A stretch of DNA of 64,000 bases from a virus. Taxonomy: Duplodnaviria > Caudoviricetes. The DNA lies in IMG/VR virus record IMGVR_UViG_3300032038_009890, positions 96,001-160,000 of that record. One strand, given 5' to 3'. Numbering within the stretch: the first letter of the stretch is position 1; the number at the start of each line of letters is the position of its first letter. This document shows positions 31,129 through 37,979 of the stretch, one piece after another. A program made the position numbers and the translations under genes. A model generated the notes under the pieces. The model had not been told where the DNA came from, did no database searches, and was given only the letters and a program-made list of their open reading frames with translations.

Positions 31129-31209
31129 TAGACGCACAAATTTGATGGATTTGAACCATCTTAAAACACGTATGTTTTGTTATCCAGAATATTTTGCTGT
31201 ATGCGTCTA
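31129..31209 (-). ncRNA. ACAGCAA-helix element F with T-arm, abutting the DUF2828 RBS
   Basis: TAGACGCA-TACAGCAA...GATGG-TTCAAAT-CCATC...TGCGTCTA, then GAAAGGA. Confidence 0.7.
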
Positions 31210-31212
31210 TAA

Positions 31213-31331
31213 TCGAGAGAGGAGGAATTGAACCTCCGCTTGCGGACCCAAGGCGTCATAAATTTGCTGTTAGTGACTATTAAAGTCACGTTATAGACAT
31301 TTCCGCCGTACTACCACTATACCATCTCCCG
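31213..31331 (-). ncRNA. tRNA-Pro(TGG)-like RNA with inserted ACAGCAA-helix (element G)
   Basis: CGGGAGA/TCTCTCG with A73, GCGGA/TCCGC, insert GTGACT-TTAAT-AGTCAC-TAACAGCAA, CTTGGG, GGAGG-TTCAATT-CCTCC. Confidence 0.7.
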
Positions 31332-31337
31332 TAAAAC

Positions 31338-31404
31338 TAGGCGCGTTTTTTGGGTGTTAGTTTAAAAAGCTAATCCAGAAATTATGTTTTGCAGTATGCG
31401 CCTA
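31338..31404 (-). ncRNA. ACAGCAA-helix element H (ACTGCAA variant)
   Basis: TAGGCGC-ATACTGCAA...AAAC-GCGCCTA. Confidence 0.6.
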
Positions 31405-31408
31405 TAGT

Positions 31409-31441
31409 TGGTTTTTGTTAAAGCAGAACCATAACTGCTTT
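31409..31441 (-). ncRNA. Pseudoknot PK2
   Basis: AAAGCAG-TTA-TGGTT-CTGCTTT-AACAAA-AACCA. Confidence 0.55.
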
Positions 31442-31495
31442 GGTGTGTGCAACACCAGATCAAAAAAGGAGGGAACAAATAAAAAGACAGATAAA

Positions 31496-31568
31496 CAGCC
31501 TGTCGGGTAGTCGAAACCCGCTTTTTTGGATGAAAACCAAAGATTCTAAACCGCTAAACTAACAGGCC
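31496..31568 (-). tRNA. tRNA-Glu(TTC)
   Basis: GGCCTGT/ACAGGCT, TTTGG-TTTTCAT-CCAAA, CGGGT-TTCGACT-ACCCG. Confidence 0.75.
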
Positions 31569-31572
31569 ATAT

Positions 31573-31604
31573 CTAGCTTTTTTTAAAGCGGAGCTAGAAC
31601 CGCT
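31573..31604 (-). ncRNA. Pseudoknot PK3 (closest to preQ1-I)
   Basis: AGCGG-TTCTAGCT-CCGCT-TTAAAAAAA-GCTAG. Confidence 0.6.
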
Positions 31605-31632
31605 GTCACCTTGGAAAGGGGCACAGCCCCAA

Positions 31633-31704
31633 TAGCCCCTGCGGGTTATGCTCCCACTTCATATCTGTGAAAGAGATATATCATAGCTATTAGACTAAGG
31701 GGCC
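31633..31704 (-). tRNA. tRNA-Glu(TTC), second copy, AGCATAA T-loop
   Basis: GGCCCCT/AGGGGCT, TATCT-CTTTCAC-AGATA. Confidence 0.7.
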
Positions 31705-31843
31705 AAATAAAGTAGTCACCACGATTTGTGACAATAAATCGATTCGTGGGTCGCAACACTGCGTGAACAATAGTTACTAGAGCGTGTTTGTGGTGACTAC
31801 CCAAGATATTGATACGACAGGTTTCAAAGTTGCCACGCTCTAA

Positions 31844-31905
31844 ATAGGACAGGAGGAATTGGACCTCCATCTGTCGAAACCGCTCTACCATTGAGCTATG
31901 TCCCA
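31844..31905 (-). ncRNA. Anticodon-less tRNA-like RNA
   Basis: TGGGACA/TGTCCTA, GCTC-AATGGTA-GAGC, anticodon arm reduced to GT-TTCG-AC, GGAGG-TCCAATT-CCTCC. Confidence 0.7.
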
Positions 31906-31909
31906 TTAT

Positions 31910-31949
31910 GCGTAGCTTTTGATAAAGCAGAGCTACGCTAGAACTGCTT
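31910..31949 (-). ncRNA. Pseudoknot PK4
   Basis: AAGCAG-TTCTA-GCGTAGCT-CTGCTT-TATCAAA-AGCTACGC. Confidence 0.55.
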
Positions 31950-31997
31950 CGTAACAGACAACCCATTTCTTGGAGGATCGAATAAAAGACAGTGGAA

Positions 31998-32068
31998 CAG
32001 CGGATGCAGGTGATGCTCCTGCGCCTTTGGTGTCAAAGACCAACTTGCTACTGTTACACCAATCCGCT
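31998..32068 (-). tRNA. tRNA-Gln(TTG)
   Basis: AGCGGAT/ATCCGCT, TTGGT-CTTTGAC-ACCAA, G73. Confidence 0.75.
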
Positions 32069-32141
32069 ATTTGTCTTGAATCTATCTATAATTTCTCTAA
32101 TTGGCGAGTCAAGATAATTATAGCTGTCATTCAAGGTTTAG

Positions 32142-32228
32142 TACAGGTGAAGGGATTCGAACCCTCGATAATTCCTATAGAATTGACGGATTAAAAGTCC
32201 GTTGCCATGGCCACTAGGCGACACCTGC
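32142..32228 (-). tRNA. Class-II-shaped tRNA with Lys(TTT) anticodon
   Basis: GCAGGTG/CACCTGT, ACGGA-CTTTTAA-TCCGT, variable stem AATTC/GAATT, A73. Confidence 0.75.
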
Positions 32229-32393
32229 ATGATTTCTGGCTACTAAACCCTCGCGGGAAAACGTTCACCAGAAAATCCGTTTTTTCTTAGTAAATAGCAT
32301 TAGTGTTAATTATCGTCTGTAACATAAATCTTTGGAGCTTCGCTCCATTTTCTACACGCTATGTAGTTTTCAAGGATCAGGGGTACTACTAAA

Positions 32394-32458
32394 ACAAAGC
32401 GGAGGAAGTCGAATCCTCAACCTGCGCATCAGTGCCGCTCTCCGAGAGCTACACTTCA
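32394..32458 (-). ncRNA. tRNA-like RNA with shrunken anticodon arm
   Basis: GAAGTG/CGCTTT, GCTC/GAGC, GCAC-TGAT-GCGC, GAGGA-TTCGACT-TCCTC. Confidence 0.5.
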
Positions 32459-32624
32459 TAAAAATCGTCTACCAAAACCCTCGCGGGAAACAGTCAACGA
32501 TCAATCTGTTTTTTACAAAACGAAACAAACACAGAAGGAAATCAAAATGAAGAAAAACTTCTTCACCCCTACGGTAACTGCCCCGTCACCGTTCTTTTAC
32601 ACCTCACTTCTCAACACGAGGACT

Positions 32625-32653
32625 ATTATACGCATATCCGACCCTCCTGTCAA
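32625..32653 (-). promoter_or_regulatory. Sigma-A promoter of the tRNA/ncRNA island
   Basis: TTGACA-N17-TATAAT. Confidence 0.85.
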
Positions 32654-32672
32654 TAGTTTACGCCTGTAAGTT

Positions 32673-32936
32673 TTACTTCTCCTCCGAGAACATGATCATA
32701 TAATCGTTACCCTTACAGGTAAACTCATATACATCATAGCTCTCATCATACTCAGCATTATCATCAATCTCAATCATCATATCTATAGTGTTATTTTGTG
32801 CAGATAAAAGATTCTCAAACATCTCTACGTCACTAGGCGCAAACCATGCATGCAATATCTGGTTACCATTATTGTCATATACATAGATGTGCAAAAAACT
32901 ATATTTGCCCTCTGAAATGCGCTCGGATAAATTCAT
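32673..32936 (-). CDS. Acidic hypothetical protein
   Basis: AAGGAG RBS; coherent ORF. Confidence 0.55.
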   Translation of the reverse strand: MNLSERISEGKYSFLHIYVYDNNGNQILHAWFAPSDVEMFENLLSAQNNTIDMMIEIDDNAEYDESYDVYEFTCKGNDYMIMFSEEK

Positions 32937-32974
32937 TGATAAATAACTCCTTTCTTAAACACAGGGAGCCTACC

Positions 32975-33898
32975 TTAAAGATAGGCCCCATACTTCTGCA
33001 AATACATATACGGTATATTTGGTGACATATTGTATTGCGCGCGTAACTCATCAAAATGATTCATTACATATTGCTCTTTACTGATACCCAACTTCTCTGC
33101 ACGTCTAGTAATCATTGCAATCTGCCCAGACACAGCAATAGATGTGCTGTTGATGCCCTTATACAGGTTATAATTATCAGCAATCTGTTTAAGTATCTTT
33201 GCAACAATCTTATTATTATGCAAAGGATCGTTACTATACTGGTTAGCATTAGTAGCCTTCTTAAAGATATATTCAGATGCTCCTAAACGCTTCTTCTTCC
33301 CAGATACAACTAGCAGATACTCTAACTCAATATCTGCTTCTACTGCAACACTCACTAGCTTACTAGATACCTTAACTACGCGCCCAGTGCAAAGAGATAT
33401 AGTCAGATTCTTCTGATCAATATCAGAAAGCTTCATTTGCATTATCTCATCATAGTGCGATGTTTTTCCAAACTCAAAGAGACACAGCATCAGAAACTGA
33501 TCTCTTGGATTAACAATCCTCTCAACTACTTCATAAAATTCAATCTCATCAATATACCTTTTACTCTCCAGAACTTTGTTTATGTACATCGAGAAGTCTT
33601 TTGATGTAAATTCTGAGTAATGATTACATCCGTCCGGAACCAGTAACTGCTGATTGCACCACTCAGTATAACCGCTCAATCGACTATTAAGTGTTTTATA
33701 AACAAACTCATTAGAGTAGCAAAGCGCAGAGTAAAAATCTCCGATCTCACGGTTACTAAACTCGGCACAATCTCTGCCAAATAACTCCTCAAAAGGTGCG
33801 ACACGTATAAATGCCGACATAAGATTAGTTACATATGTAGGAGAGTACTTAGTCTCACATAAATCCAAATAACGTTGCTTCTGCTCGGCATTATACAT
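32975..33898 (-). CDS. Integrase-fold protein lacking the catalytic HxxR; SPbeta YopR/MrpR(SroF)-like master repressor
   Basis: MYN...K..YL start (ATG 33898, GGGAGG RBS), N.RD...L.FE.G, SI..SG.I; lies directly after the YopQ-like gene. Confidence 0.65.
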   Translation of the reverse strand: MYNAEQKQRYLDLCETKYSPTYVTNLMSAFIRVAPFEELFGRDCAEFSNREIGDFYSALCYSNEFVYKTLNSRLSGYTEWCNQQLLVPDGCNHYSEFTSKDFSMYINKVLESKRYIDEIEFYEVVERIVNPRDQFLMLCLFEFGKTSHYDEIMQMKLSDIDQKNLTISLCTGRVVKVSSKLVSVAVEADIELEYLLVVSGKKKRLGASEYIFKKATNANQYSNDPLHNNKIVAKILKQIADNYNLYKGINSTSIAVSGQIAMITRRAEKLGISKEQYVMNHFDELRAQYNMSPNIPYMYLQKYGAYL

Positions 33899-35126
33899 AA
33901 CCAGATACCTCCCGCAAAAGCTTAATAGCATATCTGTCAGCACTTACATTTAATATCTTTTTTTGATCGCTCTTGTATTCGTAGTTCCAAAGAATATTAA
34001 AAAGATCGATCAGTCTATCATCTTTTGGTTTTCCGTAATACTTGCAGATACAAAATGCAAAAATCCTGACTTCCGCAATGGTAAATATCCTGTTATCATC
34101 GAGTAGTTCCGTGTGCTCATCCGTGATGGCGTTAATCCCTCTCTCTAAGTCCCTGGGCACCGTAGCCAGGGCTTTTTTCTTTTCGTCATCGCTCATCTTT
34201 TTGATCAGGTCCTCGTTGATCATGTTAGCGAATGCGGAAAAATCCACCGCACCGCCATTGGAGATACGCCCTGCTAGGTTGCATGAGGACTCATTAATCC
34301 TGCGGACGATTTTAGTCGTAATATCACTTAGATTATACGACTTAATTGCATCCTTGGGAATAGGTGTATGTTGCTCCTCCTGCCAAATAAATTGGACAGC
34401 CTGATCATCTGAGAAGCACGTCAATCTAAGCTCCATGGGATAGTTAAAATTTGGGTCGGCATCTACTGCTTTCGTCAATGCTACAAGACGATGATATCCA
34501 TCCGTAAGGTCAAAGTATTCCAAACTGCTGATAATTAGCTCTTTTTTCTCCGCGTCGTAATAAAAATCAGCATCATCTGGTAAATTAACGGTAATCGTGT
34601 TAGGAATAAATTTTCCCTTAATAAAAAGATTCACCATAGCAGTAATTGCCTTCTCTTTGAGACTAATCACCCTGTAGGCAATACCGCCGCGAACCTTAAT
34701 AGCCAAGCGTCTTTGTATCTCCTTGTTGTAACGCAGTATATGCCCGCGCCATTTAACAAGCTCTTTTGCGCTGACTACACTAATCCATTGCGAATCAGTA
34801 ACCTGTAATGCAGAAAGTACAATCGGAAACTTAACTTGGTTACTCTCATTTTTGAGCTTAGAATACAAGCTTATCTCAGCATCCGTAAACCAGTCACTGA
34901 GGCGCACATGTTTGTCATTAAGGCAGTCCAAAATCCAATAAATCTCCACATCTTTAAGCTCGGCAATAGATGCACCCATCGACAAAATAGTTTTGGCGCG
35001 GAACATGGACATACCATACTTGTGGTAGGCACGAGTCATAACATCTTGCTGTACCTTTTTGTCTGTCACGGCTTTGGCGAGGATTTCTTCCAGGAACGCG
35101 TTAATCTCTCGCCTGTCTTTTTTCAT
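33891..35126 (-). CDS. DGQHR/DndB-like ParB-fold protein (YopQ-like)
   Basis: PNTITVN, DGYHRL, FIWQE motifs. Confidence 0.7.
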   Translation of the reverse strand: MKKDRREINAFLEEILAKAVTDKKVQQDVMTRAYHKYGMSMFRAKTILSMGASIAELKDVEIYWILDCLNDKHVRLSDWFTDAEISLYSKLKNESNQVKFPIVLSALQVTDSQWISVVSAKELVKWRGHILRYNKEIQRRLAIKVRGGIAYRVISLKEKAITAMVNLFIKGKFIPNTITVNLPDDADFYYDAEKKELIISSLEYFDLTDGYHRLVALTKAVDADPNFNYPMELRLTCFSDDQAVQFIWQEEQHTPIPKDAIKSYNLSDITTKIVRRINESSCNLAGRISNGGAVDFSAFANMINEDLIKKMSDDEKKKALATVPRDLERGINAITDEHTELLDDNRIFTIAEVRIFAFCICKYYGKPKDDRLIDLFNILWNYEYKSDQKKILNVSADRYAIKLLREVSGYV

Positions 35127-35290
35127 CGGCCCCACTCCTTTCTAAAACTCGATTTTACTATAGTAAACTATCTCCTGTCAATGTTAATATTGCACAAAAA
35201 CTAACGGAAAATCTCCCACATTTTCTCTCTTGACAAGCCCGGCTCAGGCGAATACTATTTATAACTGCCCTCGACTGATCAGTCCCTTAG

Positions 35291-35362
35291 TTATCCACAT
35301 TATCCACTCTATCAACACTTTCCACATTATCCACTTTGTCCACAACATCCACATTATCCACA
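35291..35362 (+). repeat. Eight abutting DnaA-box-like 9-mers, followed by an AT-rich tract (candidate origin)
   Basis: TTATCCACA, TTATCCACT, CTATCAACA, CTTTCCACA, TTATCCACT, TTGTCCACA, ACATCCACA, TTATCCACA. Confidence 0.8.
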
Positions 35363-35920
35363 TTCAAAACACATATACTAATACTCATAAATAATATATA
35401 CTATAGCATTATATAATTTACGCTATATAATTACACTATATTTAACACTATATACTATAGCGTTAATTACAGTATATACTTTAGTGATAAATATTAAAAA
35501 TCACCCTAAGCGCCAATATACACTAAAGCGTTAATTATATTAAATACTTTAGTGATATATTATAGCATACACTATAAAACCACCGAGTTTCTATAATCTA
35601 TATTATATAAATAGGGCTGACTTGCATCAGGTGGTGGATGAATACATGATAGACTCACTCCCGCATAATCTGCATCCTTCCCGACGCTCCAGAAGGCCTC
35701 TCTTTTGCACGTAAGCGGCCGTAGAGCCACCTCAAACGCCCCGCCCTAACAATTCTGCCACTGCAATCTCCTGCGCCTTCTGAGGCTGTTATATGCGAAT
35801 AATGTTTCCTTGCGTTTTGAGGGCCATACAGACCATCCTGCTCTGCACCCTAAGAAGATACCAACCAACTCCAAAGACAAAGAAAGAGGCCGTCTCTCTT
35901 TCGAAAGACAGCCTCTTCTG

Positions 35921-36010
35921 TTACGCTACACTCTGGAACTTCGGCCTCGTGATAATTGTCTGGTTTTCGTTGCGGTAAACGCTGTGGTCCTTAATCTTTG
36001 CTCTTACCAT
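35921..36010 (-). CDS. Monocistronic 29-aa peptide MVRAKIKDHSVYRNENQTIITRPKFQSVA
   Basis: GGGAGA RBS, own promoter (36100-36128) and terminator hairpin (about 35880-35920). Confidence 0.5.
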   Translation of the reverse strand: MVRAKIKDHSVYRNENQTIITRPKFQSVA

Positions 36011-36184
36011 TGCCGTATCTCCCACATTGTCAATGATCAGTTTTCGCCTACTGCTTAAGGATGAACCTTCTGCAGTGGCTGTTCTCTTGAACTGATATAA
36101 GTGTACACCTATATAGTTCCCCTGTCAACACTTTTTTGAAAAAAAATAAAATCCCCTCACCATCGAGGCGAGGGGGACTCCTGA

Positions 36185-36388
36185 TCACTTCCCAGACTGA
36201 GCAATGTCCCTACGGATAAGGTCTTTTATGTATCCCTGCTTGCCTCCCTCCGCCTTAGACATATCCTCCAGCCTATCTAAGATATCTTTATCTGTATTAA
36301 AATTAAGTTTAAGCTTAACCTGCGTCGTATTGGCATTGTCATATATCTTGTTAGCAATGCGCTGTGCCTCTGTGGTAGTGTGCGTCAT
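36185..36388 (-). CDS. Small ribbon-helix-helix-like DNA-binding protein
   Basis: LKLN...DKDIL..L.....KQGYIK.LIR.DI pattern; GGAGG RBS; terminator after the stop. Confidence 0.65.
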   Translation of the reverse strand: MTHTTTEAQRIANKIYDNANTTQVKLKLNFNTDKDILDRLEDMSKAEGGKQGYIKDLIRRDIAQSGK

Positions 36389-36786
36389 ATTATCTCCTCC
36401 TATCCCTTAATATACCACAAGAGCGCCGCATTAGACAACAAGTCCATACTCCCTGATCAGTCTCCGCATCACCATCTCATAACCATTCGCCTTCATGGTC
36501 CTGTCCACGTCCCTCTTACTATACGTCATTGCTCTAGCCCTCCTCTTTAGCGCGTGTTTCGCCTCTGCACCTCATCGTTGATCATCTGCATATACTTCTC
36601 AGGGGTAAGGGTGGGAGGCACCTCCCTGCCCTTGTATCTGTACAAATCAAGGTCCTTCCTCGCGGTATCAATATCCACCGCCGTGGTGACATGGGAAAAG
36701 ATTTCCTTCGCTAGTGCATATCCCATAATTAGTTATCCCCTTTCCGAGGCCCCAGGGCTATGCCTAGGAGCCTCTCTCAGCAGTGG

Positions 36787-37800
36787 TTATCCCTCGATGT
36801 GTGAAAACATCTTATCACCCATCAGCCTCGCGACCTTCTCCTGCTTTCTACGATTGTCGATGTAGCGAGTGGTCACAGAAACGCTCCCATGACCCGCTCT
36901 GTCAGCAGCGGCGTAGATATCACCAGTCTCCAGATAGGTATTGGTGATGCACGTAACGCGCATCTTATGCGGCGTGATGTGCTTGTCAAGGCCCTGCGTG
37001 TGCTTGCGAATCATCTTTTCGATGGTCTTCGCGGTAATCCGCTCACGGCCTTCACCGTTCTCGGAATTCCGCAGGAACAGGGCGGAGGTGGTCTTCTCTT
37101 CGCCGCGCTCGGCGAGGTAAGCCTTGACGAGAGCAATCATGTGTTCATCAAGACGGATCGTCCGCTCGTGGTGACCCTTTTCGATGACCTCCAGAGTGCA
37201 GTGGTCAAAATCAAAATCGTCCACATCAACCTCGGAGAGGGCCTGTGCGCGAAGCCCGCTGTAGCACCCAAGCATAAATAAGCACTCGTCACGCTTAGCA
37301 AACAAGGAATGTTCGCGGATGTGCTGAACAACCTTATTCATCTCATCGTAGGTCATGGCTACGACTTTATGCTCAGTCTTTTCCTTTGGGACGATTGCCT
37401 GAAGGTCCTCTAAGTCGATCATGGGGGACTCCTCGATGATCTTGCGCTTAACGAGGAAGTTGAAAAACTTATTCAAAGCGAAGTACACACCCTTGATGGA
37501 GTCATACTTTACTGGTTTTCGAGTGCCATCCTTAAGAAGCCGCACCTTGATCGAATCAAAAAACGCCGTAATAACATCCACGTCGATCATGGTCCAAAGG
37601 TCCTTATCAAATGTGTCGAAACCCTGCTCATCAAGCCAGGTAAAAAACCGCTTAACGTGGTTAAGGTTGACATTCTTGGTAGTCTTCTGGCTCCCGGCAG
37701 ATGTGGAGTAGTACGACCGCAGGATGGGCGGGAACCCCTCCAAACCCTCGATAGCCTTCTGCTCCAACTGCATCTCATGCTCAAACCTTCCAGATAACAT
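36787..37800 (-). CDS. Tyrosine recombinase (XerC/D-like; YopP-like)
   Basis: GLR, KG, HKMR, GH, TRY catalytic set intact. Confidence 0.9.
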   Translation of the reverse strand: MLSGRFEHEMQLEQKAIEGLEGFPPILRSYYSTSAGSQKTTKNVNLNHVKRFFTWLDEQGFDTFDKDLWTMIDVDVITAFFDSIKVRLLKDGTRKPVKYDSIKGVYFALNKFFNFLVKRKIIEESPMIDLEDLQAIVPKEKTEHKVVAMTYDEMNKVVQHIREHSLFAKRDECLFMLGCYSGLRAQALSEVDVDDFDFDHCTLEVIEKGHHERTIRLDEHMIALVKAYLAERGEEKTTSALFLRNSENGEGRERITAKTIEKMIRKHTQGLDKHITPHKMRVTCITNTYLETGDIYAAADRAGHGSVSVTTRYIDNRRKQEKVARLMGDKMFSHIEG

Positions 37801-37949
37801 TTCTCATTCCTCCTATGCGTTTGTTTAGATTACTTATCGCCTTGCAAGAAATATTTTACCCCCTCCCTCTCTGATTTGCAATAGGTAATTCTGCACAAAA
37901 AGTACCGGTCCCTTTTTGTACATATTGCACAAACCGCACAAAAGGATAA

Positions 37950-37976
37950 AAAAAAGAAGGGGCATTTGCCCCTTCT
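37950..37976 (-). terminator. Intrinsic terminator
   Basis: AGAAGGGGCA/TGCCCCTTCT followed by a U-tract. Confidence 0.75.
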
Positions 37977-37979
37977 CAT

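Noticed and set aside
31115-31159. N-terminal extension of the DUF2828 ORF given in the track
   Set aside because: It overlaps RNA element F; the RBS supports ATG 31114.
29004-31404. ACAGCAA repeats as a CRISPR array or simple terminators
   Set aside because: Spacing is irregular, conserved sequence is short, helices covary and there are no U-tracts.
31646-31966. 106-aa minus-strand ORF and other short ORFs in 27.6-32.5 kb
   Set aside because: They overlap tRNA/ncRNA structures and have no credible RBS.
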